DNA of 64,000 nucleotides, from contig JBHGAY010000019.1 in the NCBI GenBank assembly GCA_041946735.1, forward strand, positions 1 through 64,000, read 5' to 3'. The position numbers and the translations under genes are program-made. The notes under the pieces were generated by a model, which ran no database searches, was not told where the DNA came from, and saw only the letters and a list, made by a program, of their open reading frames with translations. The DNA comes from Candidatus Eiseniibacteriota bacterium (GTDB lineage Bacteria > Eisenbacteria > RBG-16-71-46 > CAIMUX01 > VGJL01). Positions 46,595 through 56,409 of the stretch are shown here, in pieces (within the stretch, counting starts at the first letter, position 1; every line of letters starts with the position of its first letter).

Positions 46595-47353
46595 TCAGCT
46601 TCCCAGCGGAACCGTGACGGAGACGAGCGGAGGGACGGGAAAGGCCCCGGCCACGGGAGAGCCGAAGCGCTGCACGCCGACCCCCGCCGTGATCGCCCAC
46701 TCGATCCGACCGGACCGCAGGCGGACCGCCGGGAGCAGCAGCAGCGTCGAGTCGAAGCCGTCGTCGGCGCCGGCCGCTCCCCAGAGGGCCTCGAAGCCAT
46801 AGGTCGCGCGGCCGCGCGTCCACTCCCCGGCGCCGAAGAAGGAGACCTGCGGATTGCTCCAGTCGTAGCGCCCGCCGGGATACTCGGAGCCGGGCATCGA
46901 GTGGACGGCGAGGCCGCCGTGGAAGCGGGCGGGACGCACCGGGGAGCTGACGAGCGCCGCGACCGCGTCGATCCTTCCCCCCTCCCCCTCGCCGCGCGAG
47001 ACGACGAAGCCCCCGATCGACTGGGCGAGGATCGCGCTCCCCCACGTGTCACCGTCCGGCACGGTGAGCGACAGCTTCGCCGATGCGGACAGCACGCCGC
47101 CGAAGGTGTCGAGGAACCAACTGCCGCCGAAGTAGCCGGAGACCGACAGGCGGGGAACGACGGGAACGGCGAGCTCCGCGACCAGCGCGGGCGGAAAGAC
47201 GAGCGCGTGCCCGGCGATCTCCGGCTGCGGGATCGGATCGGCCGTCGGCATCAGCGCGACGACCGGACTCGCCGCGGCCGGCGCGGCGAGGATCGCCCAC
47301 GCGGCGCAGGCCGCCGCGAACAGCCGCCCGCGCGCCACGGCGCCAAGGGGCAT
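46595..47353 (-). CDS. Hypothetical exported protein, possibly a small outer-membrane beta-barrel
   Basis: Signal peptide ending APAAA; alternating aromatic/Gly strand pattern. Confidence 0.6.
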   Translation of the reverse strand: MPLGAVARGRLFAAACAAWAILAAPAAASPVVALMPTADPIPQPEIAGHALVFPPALVAELAVPVVPRLSVSGYFGGSWFLDTFGGVLSASAKLSLTVPDGDTWGSAILAQSIGGFVVSRGEGEGGRIDAVAALVSSPVRPARFHGGLAVHSMPGSEYPGGRYDWSNPQVSFFGAGEWTRGRATYGFEALWGAAGADDGFDSTLLLLPAVRLRSGRIEWAITAGVGVQRFGSPVAGAFPVPPLVSVTVPLGS

Positions 47354-47734
47354 CTACTTCTCCCCGCTCGTCCCGACGAACCAGTCCTCGCGATCGGCGA
47401 AGAGAACGTTGAACGTGGTGAACGTCCCGTAGACGCGCGAAATGTAGGCTTGCAGCTCCACGCGCTCCGCGTCGTTCAGCTTCGGATGGTTGTTGATCTT
47501 CTGCTCGAGCACGCGGAGCTTCTCGCGGGCCATGACGAGCTTGTGGAAGAACGCGTCGATCGGGACCGACTTCTCCTGCGTCCCGGCCTTCCCGGGACGC
47601 AGCACGATCTCGCCTCCCTCCCAGCGTCCCGCGAGGTCCGGCTCGCGACCGCCGAACAGGCCCGCCTCCTCGAAGCTCCGCCGCATCTCCTGGCGGATGA
47701 CGCCGGCGATCTCACGTATCGATTCGCTGTCCAT
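47354..47734 (-). CDS. Conserved hypothetical protein
   Basis: GGAGGAGG RBS; RWEGG...FFHKLVMAREKLRVLEQKIN...YGTFTTFNVLF. Confidence 0.82.
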   Translation of the reverse strand: MDSESIREIAGVIRQEMRRSFEEAGLFGGREPDLAGRWEGGEIVLRPGKAGTQEKSVPIDAFFHKLVMAREKLRVLEQKINNHPKLNDAERVELQAYISRVYGTFTTFNVLFADREDWFVGTSGEK

Positions 47735-47945
47735 CGCATCCTCCTCCACGCTGTGGCCACGGGCCGGGCCGCCCTTCGCGGCCGGGGTCCACCGGCGGTG
47801 CCGGCGCGCGGCGCCGCCCGGGTCGACAACGATAACGGAATCGCCGGCGCCGGGAAGCGGCCGCCGGCGCGGTTGACGAGCCGGCCTTTCAGGGAGGATC
47901 TTCGGTGGCGTGCGGTCGGCCAAGCAACCCGCAGGGAGGTGTGGA

Positions 47946-49397
47946 ATGCAGGGGTACGAGGCGTTGGAGCCGAAGGCGGTCTGGCAGATCTTCGCGAGGA
48001 TGAGCGCGGTCCCGCGCCCGTCCGGGCACGAAGGCGCGGTGATGGAGAGCCTGCAGAAGTGGGCGGCGGAGCGCGGCCTCGCGACGCGGCGCGACGCGGT
48101 CGGGAACATGGTCGTCTCGATTCCGGCCAGTCCGGGGCGCGAGAAGGCGGCGCCGGTCGTGCTGCAGGGGCACGTCGACATGGTCTGCGAGAAGAACGCC
48201 TCGGTCTCGCACGATTTCCACGCCGATCCGATCCGCATGAAGGTCGAGGACGGCTGGGTGCGCGCCGAAGGGACCACCCTCGGCGCGGACAACGGAATCG
48301 GCGTCTCGATGGCGCTCGCGCTCGCCGCCGACTCCTCGGTCACGCATGGACCGGTCGAGGTCCTGATGACGATCGACGAGGAGCGAGGGCTCTCCGGCGC
48401 GAAGGGGATCCAGGCCGGGTTCTTCCAGGCGAAGCGGATGATCAACCTCGACTCCGAAGAGGACGACGCGCTCTTCATCGGCTGCGCGGGCGGGCGCGAC
48501 TCGGCGTTCGACGTCCCGTTCCTGCCGGGCCACGTCGATCCGCACTGGACCGGTCGCGCGGTGGCGATCTGCGGCCTTACCGGCGGGCACTCCGGCCTCG
48601 ACATCCACCGCAACCGCGGCAACGCGATCCGGATCCTGACGCGCCTGCTCCTCGCCGGATGGGACGCGACCCCGCTGCGCATCGGCGCGATCGCCGGCGG
48701 ACAGCTCCGCAACGCGATCCCGCGGGAGGCGAGCGCGCTCGTGAGCGTGCCGGCCGACCGCGCGGCCGCCTTCGAGGAGGCGGTGCGCGCCTGCTTCGAG
48801 CGGATCCGCCGCGAGGAGCTCTCCGGCGTGGACGACGGCGTGACGATGGCGATCTCCGAGGCGGAGGTGTCCGAGGCGGTCCTGCCGGAGGAATCGCGGC
48901 GGATCCTCGACCTGCTCGCCGCCGTCCCGCACGGCGTCACCGCGATGTCGCAGGCGGTCCCGGGGCTCGTGGAGACGAGCAGCAACCTCGGCGTCGTCCG
49001 GACCGCGCAGGGCCAGGTCGACGTCGTCTGCTGCAGCCGCTCCTCGGTCGGCGCCTCGCTCGATGCGCTCGCCGCGCAGCACCTCTCGATCGCGCGGCTC
49101 GGCGGCGTCGGGATCACGCAGGAGCCCGGCTACCCGGGCTGGAAGCCGAATCCGGGGTCGGACCTGCTCGGGATCGTGCGGCGGCAGTACCTCTCGGTCT
49201 TCGGGCGCGAGCCGGACCTGAAGGCGGTGCACGCCGGACTCGAGTGCGGCCTTTTCACCGAGCGCTATCCGGACCTCGACATCGTCTCCTTCGGGCCGAA
49301 CATCGTCGGCGCCCACTCCCCCGACGAGCGGGTCGAGGTGGCGTCGGTGCAGCGCGTCTGGAAGCTCTTGGGAGGCGTCCTGGAGGCGCTGGCCTAG
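47946..49397 (+). CDS. pepD: Aminoacyl-histidine dipeptidase (M20)
   Basis: VPRPSGHE, LQGHVDMVCEK, GTTLGADNGIG, DEERG, NLDSEE, GGHSG, HAGLECG and HSPDE. Confidence 0.95.
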   Translation: MQGYEALEPKAVWQIFARMSAVPRPSGHEGAVMESLQKWAAERGLATRRDAVGNMVVSIPASPGREKAAPVVLQGHVDMVCEKNASVSHDFHADPIRMKVEDGWVRAEGTTLGADNGIGVSMALALAADSSVTHGPVEVLMTIDEERGLSGAKGIQAGFFQAKRMINLDSEEDDALFIGCAGGRDSAFDVPFLPGHVDPHWTGRAVAICGLTGGHSGLDIHRNRGNAIRILTRLLLAGWDATPLRIGAIAGGQLRNAIPREASALVSVPADRAAAFEEAVRACFERIRREELSGVDDGVTMAISEAEVSEAVLPEESRRILDLLAAVPHGVTAMSQAVPGLVETSSNLGVVRTAQGQVDVVCCSRSSVGASLDALAAQHLSIARLGGVGITQEPGYPGWKPNPGSDLLGIVRRQYLSVFGREPDLKAVHAGLECGLFTERYPDLDIVSFGPNIVGAHSPDERVEVASVQRVWKLLGGVLEALA

Positions 49398-49455
49398 CGC
49401 GGCCGCCCTACGACGAAGGCGGGAGACGCTCGGACAGCGCCGCCGCCCAACGACG

Positions 49456-49484
49456 AAGGCCCCGTCCACGAGGGACGGGGCCTT
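49456..49484. terminator. Hairpin between convergent pepD and pilQ
   Basis: AAGGCCCCGTCC-ACGAG-GGACGGGGCCTT perfect 12-bp stem. Confidence 0.7.
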
Positions 49485-49583
49485 GCGCCGGGAGGTCACA
49501 ACTCAGGCTGCCATGCGCGCGTCAGGAGCGGCGCGGGAGACCGCCGCTCTGGTCGGCGGCCCCCCGCGTCCGTCAGGTCTTCT

Positions 49584-51677
49584 TTAGCGGTCGCCCGCGT
49601 CCGCCATGTGCCGCACGATCTTCGGAGTGACGAAGATCAAGAGCTCGCGGCGGTCCTTCTGCGTCTCGCTCGTCTTGAACAGGTTGCCGAGGAGCGGGAT
49701 GTCCTTCAGAACCGGGATCCCCTGCTCGAAGACGGTGTCGTTCGTCCGGATCAGCCCGCCGATCACCGCCGTCTGGCCGTCGTCGACCATGACGCGCGTG
49801 TCGGCCTCGGTCGTCGTGAAGACGATCCCGCCCTGCACCGTCGCCTGCGACGAGAGATCGCTCACCTCGGGATGCAGGTCGAGCGTGATCCGCTTCTCGG
49901 AGTTGATGTAGGGGGTCACCTCGAGCGTGATCCCGACCTTCTTCAGCTGCGTGATCGGGTTGCCCGCCTCGTCGAGGACGATGAGCGGGATCTCCTTGCC
50001 GACCAGGATCCGGGCGAGGCGGTTGTTCACCGTCGTGATGCTCGGGTTCGAGATGATGTTCGCCTTGTTCGTCCGCTCGAGGGCCTGGATCGTCGCGTCG
50101 ATGTTGCCCCAGTCGCGGACGACGCCGATCTTCATCTCGGCGGCGGCGGAGGTTAGCGGAGTGCTGTGCGTGATCCCGCCCGAGATCCGCTCGGAGTTCG
50201 AGTGGAGGTTCTGGATCGACCATTCGATCCCGAACTGGCGCGACGCGGTCGCGTCGACGTCGACCAGCTTCGCCACGATCTCGACCTGGAGCGTCTCGCT
50301 GTCGAGCTGGTCGATCGTCTGGCGGATCTGGTCGATCCGCTCCGTGATGTCGGTCACGAGGATCGAGTTCGTCCTCGAGTCGACCTCGGCGCTCCCCCTC
50401 TTGCTCAGCAGGAACGAAACCGCCTGGCGCAGTTCGGTCGCGTTCGCGTACTGGATCGGGAAGATCGCCGTGTCGAGCGGCAGGAACTCCTCCTTCTTCC
50501 GGTCCGCCGACTGCTGGTCCAGCTCCTCGTTGAGGTAGGTCTCGTGCGTCGTGACGCGGATGACGTCCCCCCGCTCCATCGAGCGCAGTCCCGCCGCCTC
50601 GTTGACGATGTCGAGCGCGCGGCGCCACGGCACCGACACGAGCCGGACGCTGATCGGTCCGGAGATCTCGCGGTCGGGGACGATGTTCACGCCGCTGAAC
50701 TCGGAGATCGAGCGCAGGACGGTCCGGATGTCGGCCCCCTGCACGTCCAAGTTCATCGGCTTGCCGCCGCCGGCCGGGTTGGTGACGCTCGATGCGGGCG
50801 GCTCCTCGCGGACCGCGGGGAATCCTTCCGTGCGCTGGGCGAGCTGCGGGAGGCCGGGACCCGGCTCTCCCGTTCGCTTCGCGGGCGGCGGAACGGCTTC
50901 GGCGAGCTGCGAGTCGCGCGCCGTCTTCGGCGCGACCTCCCGCCATCCGAAGGGCCGTTGCTTCCCGTGCTGGACGAACTGCGCGAGACGGCCGGGCGCT
51001 CCGGCCGAGCCGGCGACCACGCGAGCGGCGGGGGCGGACTTCGCCGCGCCGCTCTTGGCCACGGTCGGATCGGCGGCGCCGAGCGGAGGCGCGGCGTCCA
51101 GGGGTGGCCGGCTTGCCGCCGCCCGCGGCGCGCCCGTGGCCGTCACATCCGCCGTCGCTCCCGCCTGGTTCTCCGAGAAGTCAGGCGGCGTCCAAGTCCC
51201 GTCGGGCGGGGCCGTCGCGGCGGACGCCCGCGTTGCGCTCGCCGGGGTGGCCGGCAGATCCGATTCGCGGACGCAGAGGCGCAGATGCTCGCCGTCGGCC
51301 ATCACGCTGTACTGCGCGCGGCCCTTCGTCTCGAGCACGTAGCGCCACGCGGGACGGGAGGGATCTTCCTCCCAGCGGGACGAGCGCATCGCGACGAGCC
51401 ATCCGGCGGCGTCCTGCCCTGCGATCTCCGGCTTGCCGGTGACCGAGGCCTCGAGCACGTCGAGGACGATGCGATCCGGTCCGGTGAGCTGGAAGACCTC
51501 GTAGCGGATCGTCCCGTTCGCCGTGAGATCGAGGGTCGCCTGCCCGGCTCCCTTCTCGAGCCGGACCTGCTCGAGCGAGTATCCCGCCCAGACGGGCGAA
51601 GCGACCGCCGCCGCGAGGATCGCGGCGAGGAAGATCCGCCCGAGGAGGCTATCGGTTCCGCGAACGTGCATGGTCAT
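49584..51677 (-). CDS. pilQ: Type IV pilus secretin
   Basis: AMIN-like PDRIVLD; N0 segment GADIRTVL and VPWRRAL; DSRTNSILVTD; GITLEVTP; GIPVLKDIPLLGNLFK; ELLIFVTPKI. Confidence 0.93.
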   Translation of the reverse strand: MTMHVRGTDSLLGRIFLAAILAAAVASPVWAGYSLEQVRLEKGAGQATLDLTANGTIRYEVFQLTGPDRIVLDVLEASVTGKPEIAGQDAAGWLVAMRSSRWEEDPSRPAWRYVLETKGRAQYSVMADGEHLRLCVRESDLPATPASATRASAATAPPDGTWTPPDFSENQAGATADVTATGAPRAAASRPPLDAAPPLGAADPTVAKSGAAKSAPAARVVAGSAGAPGRLAQFVQHGKQRPFGWREVAPKTARDSQLAEAVPPPAKRTGEPGPGLPQLAQRTEGFPAVREEPPASSVTNPAGGGKPMNLDVQGADIRTVLRSISEFSGVNIVPDREISGPISVRLVSVPWRRALDIVNEAAGLRSMERGDVIRVTTHETYLNEELDQQSADRKKEEFLPLDTAIFPIQYANATELRQAVSFLLSKRGSAEVDSRTNSILVTDITERIDQIRQTIDQLDSETLQVEIVAKLVDVDATASRQFGIEWSIQNLHSNSERISGGITHSTPLTSAAAEMKIGVVRDWGNIDATIQALERTNKANIISNPSITTVNNRLARILVGKEIPLIVLDEAGNPITQLKKVGITLEVTPYINSEKRITLDLHPEVSDLSSQATVQGGIVFTTTEADTRVMVDDGQTAVIGGLIRTNDTVFEQGIPVLKDIPLLGNLFKTSETQKDRRELLIFVTPKIVRHMADAGDR

Positions 51678-52335
51678 CCCCCCTCTGCTCCAGCGGCAGC
51701 GAGACGTTGCGCGAGGTGCCGTATTCGGTCACGTGGATCACCACCCGGTTCGGAAGGATCTCGATCACGGTTCCGTCCCCGACCGGATCCCCTTCCCGGA
51801 GGATCATGCTCTTCTCGTCGTCGGTCTCGATCAGCGCGAAGCGGTCCTTTTCGGCCCAAAGGATTCCGACGACGTGCAGCTGCGAGCTGACCGGAGCCGA
51901 CGGGGGGTTGTCCTCCCGGTACTGCTCCGATACGAGGCTCACGAAGATGTCGCGGCGTCCGAGCCCCTGGTAGTAGTACGGCTCGGGCGAGAGGAGCAGG
52001 CCGTCCAGCTCCGCGTCGAACGGGATCGTCTCGTCGGTGGACGGCGCGGCGGGCGCGTCCGCCGAGACCCCCGTCGAGGGCGCCGGCGAACCGGTCTGCC
52101 CGACCTGCCCTGCCGCGGGCCTGCCGGTCTGCGCCGGGACGGGCGTCTCCGGCGCGCCACCCGGCTCCGCGGCGGGCGCCGGAATCTCCGCGACCTTGTT
52201 GGCGGCCGCGCGCAAGGCGTCGCCCGGCGTCCCCTCCCCGCTTCCGGCCGCCGTCACGGCGCACGGAAGCGCGAGGAGCGCCGCGGCGCAGAGGAGCGCG
52301 AGCCCGCCGATTCCACGGTTCGACTCACTCCCCAT
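51649..52335 (-). CDS. pilP: PilP-like protein
   Basis: Lies between pilO and pilQ; RRDIF, LHVVGILW, ALIE and REGDPVG. Confidence 0.7.
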   Translation of the reverse strand: MGSESNRGIGGLALLCAAALLALPCAVTAAGSGEGTPGDALRAAANKVAEIPAPAAEPGGAPETPVPAQTGRPAAGQVGQTGSPAPSTGVSADAPAAPSTDETIPFDAELDGLLLSPEPYYYQGLGRRDIFVSLVSEQYREDNPPSAPVSSQLHVVGILWAEKDRFALIETDDEKSMILREGDPVGDGTVIEILPNRVVIHVTEYGTSRNVSLPLEQRGDDHARSRNR

Positions 52336-53056
52336 GATCCGTCCCTCCCGTCTGCTTCTTCGCGAGCTTCTTCGTCAGGTCCTTCGCCTTGCCGACCGCC
52401 TGCGCGGCCGTCCCGCCTTTCGCCCCCTTGCCCGCCTTGCCGTCCTTCCCCGCCGCGAGCGCGTCGCTCTCCTGTTCCGGCGGCACGCCGGTCCCGCCGA
52501 GCGTGTAGGTCTTGGCGATGAACGAGGCCTTCGCCGGCGGGCCGTCCGGGCTGCGCGTGTCCTCGAGAGTCAAGCCGCTCACGACCAGGATCCGCTCGAG
52601 GTTCGCGATCTCCCCGAGGAAGGTCCCGATCTCGTGGTAGCCCCCCTCCACCTGCACCTCGACCGGATGCTCCGTGTAGTACTGCGCCGCCTGCTCCGGG
52701 AGCGGACGGAAGAGGACGAAGTCGATCCCCGACTGGTCCCCCAGCAACGTCACCGCGCGCAGCAGGGAGGCCATCTCCTGCTCGTCGGGCAGGAGCGCCT
52801 CCGCGGAGAGCCACTTGCGGTGCAGCAGCTCGTACTCCTGCTCGAGGTAGGCCATGGAGTGGACCGTCTGGCGCGCCTTCGTGAGATCGCTCGAGAGCTG
52901 TGTGTAGCGCCCGTTCAGCTCGCCGATCTGCGCGGCGCTCGCCTTGTAGGTGAACGGGAAGAGGCTCGTCAGGAAGTAGACGTAGAGGACGGCGAGACCG
53001 AGGATCGTCGCCAGGGCCGCCTTCTGCGTCTTCGGATCGTTGAGCTGGATCGCCAT
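52325..53056 (-). CDS. pilO: Type IV pilus biogenesis protein PilO
   Basis: TM plus coiled coil; LLPDEQE, GGYHEIGTFL, LERIL. Confidence 0.88.
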   Translation of the reverse strand: MAIQLNDPKTQKAALATILGLAVLYVYFLTSLFPFTYKASAAQIGELNGRYTQLSSDLTKARQTVHSMAYLEQEYELLHRKWLSAEALLPDEQEMASLLRAVTLLGDQSGIDFVLFRPLPEQAAQYYTEHPVEVQVEGGYHEIGTFLGEIANLERILVVSGLTLEDTRSPDGPPAKASFIAKTYTLGGTGVPPEQESDALAAGKDGKAGKGAKGGTAAQAVGKAKDLTKKLAKKQTGGTDHGE

Positions 53057-53077
53057 CGTGTTCTTCCTCCCGCCCGG

Positions 53078-53641
53078 CTACGGCTTCACCCGCGTGGACA
53101 GGGTGAACTGGACGACCTCGACGTCTCCGAGCTTCTCCCGCTCGGCCACCATCAGCGAGACGTTCTCGAAGATGTCCGCCTCCTCCATGCGCATCATCAG
53201 CTCGGCGACCAGGAGGTTGGAGAACGTCCTGCCTTCCAGCTCGAGCTGCCCCATCGTCGTGTTGCGGTAGTTCGTGAACCACAGGTAGTCGGGGGTGCAA
53301 TCGGCCAGCTCGTCCATCACCTGGACCGGCAGGTAGCGGTCGCGCGAGAGCGACTGCACCGTGATGAGCCGCTCGTTCACCTGGTCGCGCTCCGTCATCA
53401 GCTGCTGGATCTTCTGGATCTGCGGCTGGAGCCGGCGCGACTCCGCCTCCGCCCTCGCGATGTCCGACTTCAGGCTCGCGATCTTCATCTGCTGCATCGC
53501 GCCGATGCCGGCGAGCGGAAGGAGGACGGCGATCGAGAGCGCGAGCGGGAGCCAGAAGCCGCGCTTGGGGAGACTCAGGGAGAGGCCGGGGCGCGAAGCC
53601 TCCTGCCTCTCCTCCACCGGGAGCAGGTTGACGCGGATCAC
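53078..53641 (-). CDS. pilN: Type IV pilus biogenesis protein PilN
   Basis: MIRVNLLP motif, TM, coiled coil, PDYLWFT. Confidence 0.9.
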   Translation of the reverse strand: MIRVNLLPVEERQEASRPGLSLSLPKRGFWLPLALSIAVLLPLAGIGAMQQMKIASLKSDIARAEAESRRLQPQIQKIQQLMTERDQVNERLITVQSLSRDRYLPVQVMDELADCTPDYLWFTNYRNTTMGQLELEGRTFSNLLVAELMMRMEEADIFENVSLMVAEREKLGDVEVVQFTLSTRVKP

Positions 53642-54687
53642 CGCTGCCTCGCCTTCCGCAGCGCGAGCCCGATCCCCACCGTGAGCTGCGGGGCGACCGC
53701 GCGCGCTTCATCGGAGCCGAACAGCTCCGGCGCGTAGGTGATCTTGCGAAGCGGGTCGACGAGATCGACCGGGACCTTCTGCCGCTCCGCGAGCGCTTGC
53801 GCGAGGCCTTGCAGCCGCGCGCCGCCGCCGGAGAGCAGGATCCGGTCGATCCTCTCCGCCTCGCCGCTGGAGCGCAGCGTCGCGAGGCTCCGCTCGATTC
53901 CCATGCCGAGCTCGTCGCCGAAGGAGCGCACGATCGGCTCGAGGTCGAACGGCGCGCTCGATCCCTCGTACGTCCGGCACGCGTGGACCGCCTCTTCGCG
54001 GCTCACCTGATAGCGCTTCTGGACCGTCTCGAGGAAGCTGTCGCCGCCGACCGAGAGATCCTGCGTGTAGAGCGGGACGCCGCCGCGGACGATGTTGACG
54101 TTCGTCAGCTCGGCGCCGATGTTCACCAGCGCGACGATCTCCTCGCGGACGAAATCGTAGTTGCGCTCCGCGGCGTTCTGGACCGCGAAGGAGTTGATGT
54201 CGATCACCGACGGGATCAGTCCCGCTTCGCGGATCAGGTCCGCCTGCATCGAGACCAGATCCTTCTTCGCAGCGACCAGGAGCACCTGCATCTGCTTGGG
54301 TCCGACATCGAGGTCGAGGATCTCGAAGTCGAGGGAGACGTCGTGGACGTCGTACGGGACGTGCTGCTCGGCTTCCCAATGGATCGCCTCGCGCGCGTCC
54401 TTCGGGTCGAGACGATCCATCGTGATCTTCTTGACGATCACGCCGCGTCCCGCGATCCCGGTCGTCACACGCTTCTGCCGGATTCCCGCCTTCTCGAAGA
54501 GGTTCTGGATCGCCTCGATGACGAGTTGGCGATCCATGATCTCCCCGTCGACGATCGCCTCCGGGACGAGGTCGACGACGCCGTAGTGCACGAGCCGCGT
54601 CGTCTCACCGCGCGTCTCCAGCTCGACGGCTTTGATGGTGCTGGAACCGATGTCGAGACCCACCGTCGTCTTGCCTTTGCCGAACAC
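53638..54687 (-). CDS. pilM: Type IV pilus assembly protein PilM
   Basis: VGLDIGSSTIKAVEL, VLLVAAKK, VNIGA, LSGGGA and IGLALR. Confidence 0.95.
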   Translation of the reverse strand: MFGKGKTTVGLDIGSSTIKAVELETRGETTRLVHYGVVDLVPEAIVDGEIMDRQLVIEAIQNLFEKAGIRQKRVTTGIAGRGVIVKKITMDRLDPKDAREAIHWEAEQHVPYDVHDVSLDFEILDLDVGPKQMQVLLVAAKKDLVSMQADLIREAGLIPSVIDINSFAVQNAAERNYDFVREEIVALVNIGAELTNVNIVRGGVPLYTQDLSVGGDSFLETVQKRYQVSREEAVHACRTYEGSSAPFDLEPIVRSFGDELGMGIERSLATLRSSGEAERIDRILLSGGGARLQGLAQALAERQKVPVDLVDPLRKITYAPELFGSDEARAVAPQLTVGIGLALRKARQR

Positions 54688-54765
54688 TCCAGACCTCCGG
54701 CTTCGTGTAGGAAAGCGGACGCGTGGGCTGGTTTCCCCAACGGGGAAGACCCTGCCGCAATCCCT

Positions 54766-54793
54766 ATATCGGTCGAGCGGGCTGGGATGTTTA
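54766..54793 (-). promoter_or_regulatory. Sigma28/SigD-like promoter upstream of pilM
   Basis: TAAA-N16-ACCGATAT; the -35 element overlaps the pilD stop codon. Confidence 0.5.
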
Positions 54794-55603
54794 CCGACTT
54801 CCCGGGGTGAACGGCGCGAAGAGGCCCAGGTACCAGGTGAGCGCTCGGGAGCCGGCGAGAAGCACGACCGCCGCGGCCGGGGCCAGGAACGTTCCGTACG
54901 GAAGCGCGGTCCGGCCGTCCGCCCGCCGGGCGAAAAGCAATGCGATTGCGAAGAGCGAGCCGAGGAGCGAGCCGAGGAAGATCGCCATCAGCACGCCCTT
55001 CCAGCCCAGGAAGGCGCCGAGCATCCCGGCGAGCTTCACGTCCCCCATCCCCATTCCGGCGGCGCCACGGATCGCCCGGTAGGCCGCGGCGACGGCCAGG
55101 AGGGCGCCCGCGCCGGCGGCGACGCCGATCGCGCCGTCGAGGCGAGAGACCCCCATCCAGGGGCAGAGCAGCAGGCCGGCGGCGACGCCGGGCAGGCTGA
55201 TCTCGTCGGGGATGATCCGATGATCGAGATCGATCCAGGTGATGACGAGGAGCGCGAGCAGAAACGCGGCGCGGATCGCCGCCTCGGCCGGTCCCGGCGC
55301 GCTCGCCGCGGCGACGAGGACGGCCACCGCCCCGGCGATCTCCACGGCGGGATAGCGAAGCGGGATCGGCGCCCTGCAGCGGCGGCAGCGCCCGCGAAGG
55401 AGCAGGTAGCTCGCGACCGGGACGTTGTCGTAGGGGGCGATTCGGCTCTCGCAGCGCGGACAGCGCGACCGCGGGCGCACGAGCGAGAGGCCGAGCGGGA
55501 GCCGGTGGATCACGACGTTCGCGAAGCTGCCGAGGCAGAGGCCCAGGATCGCGAGCAGCGGCCAGACGCCCGGCAGGCCGTCGGTCCAGTGCGGGGCGCT
55601 CAT
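54791..55603 (-). CDS. pilD: Prepilin peptidase/N-methyltransferase
   Basis: GSFANVVIHRLP, SRCPRC, GRCRRC, IDLDH..IPD, GMGMGDVKL and PYGTFL. Confidence 0.96.
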   Translation of the reverse strand: MSAPHWTDGLPGVWPLLAILGLCLGSFANVVIHRLPLGLSLVRPRSRCPRCESRIAPYDNVPVASYLLLRGRCRRCRAPIPLRYPAVEIAGAVAVLVAAASAPGPAEAAIRAAFLLALLVITWIDLDHRIIPDEISLPGVAAGLLLCPWMGVSRLDGAIGVAAGAGALLAVAAAYRAIRGAAGMGMGDVKLAGMLGAFLGWKGVLMAIFLGSLLGSLFAIALLFARRADGRTALPYGTFLAPAAAVVLLAGSRALTWYLGLFAPFTPGSR

Positions 55604-56409
55604 CGCGCCTCGCGCACGGGCCGCGCCTCGCGGGCAGGTCGCGCGTCGCCCGCAGGCAGCGCCTCGCGCGCAGGTCGCGCGCCGCCCGCGGCTCCGGCCG
55701 CCGGCTCCGGGCCCGCCTCTTCCAGCTCCTGGAGACGGCGCCGCGCCACCTCGCGGAGGCTCTCGTCCTCACCCACGGCGATCTCCTGCCAGAGGCGGAC
55801 GGCCAGCTCGCGGCGGCCGACCTTCGCGAACGCGTGGGCCGCCATCCGTGCGGCATAAGGGGCGGCGCCGGGACGGCGCGAGGCGCGCTCCATCTCGATC
55901 GCGCCGGTCTCGAGATCGCCCCGCAGGTACTCGAGGAAGCCGTGATGGAACGGGATCTGCCAGTCGAGCGGATTCTCGCGGGCTCCGCGCGCGAAGAGAG
56001 CGCGCGCCGCCGGCAGGCTCGCCGCGTCGTCGCCGAGCACGAGGCCGCCGAAGATGTAGGCGTTGCGGAAGCGCGGATCGAGGTCGGTCGTGACGCGGAA
56101 GAGGTGCTCGGCAAGCGGGTAGCGGCGATCTCCCAGCCGGTGGCGACCGTAGTACTGGATCGACTCGAGCCACGCGAGATCCGCGGCGAGCGTGCGATGG
56201 CCGAGCGAGAGGATTCCGAGGAGCCGGCCCGACGGGAAGAGCGCCATCTCCTCGCTCGCGCCGGCGGCGGCGCAAGCGCGCGATCGAGCGGCATCGAGGC
56301 GAGGCGCGAGGAGTCCCGCGGCCGCGACGGCGAGGATGCCGAGCACGAGCGCGGGAAGCGGCGCGTGAAAGCCCCGCAGCAGACCTCGTGCGCTTCGGCG
56401 CACCTTCAT
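55600..56409 (-). CDS. TPR-like membrane-anchored pilus accessory protein
   Basis: N-terminal TM; LAADLAWLESIQYYG, TTDLDPRF and NPLDWQIPFHHGF; same position as the accessory gene in deltaproteobacterial pil loci. Confidence 0.7.
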   Translation of the reverse strand: MKVRRSARGLLRGFHAPLPALVLGILAVAAAGLLAPRLDAARSRACAAAGASEEMALFPSGRLLGILSLGHRTLAADLAWLESIQYYGRHRLGDRRYPLAEHLFRVTTDLDPRFRNAYIFGGLVLGDDAASLPAARALFARGARENPLDWQIPFHHGFLEYLRGDLETGAIEMERASRRPGAAPYAARMAAHAFAKVGRRELAVRLWQEIAVGEDESLREVARRRLQELEEAGPEPAAGAAGGARPAREALPAGDARPAREARPVREAR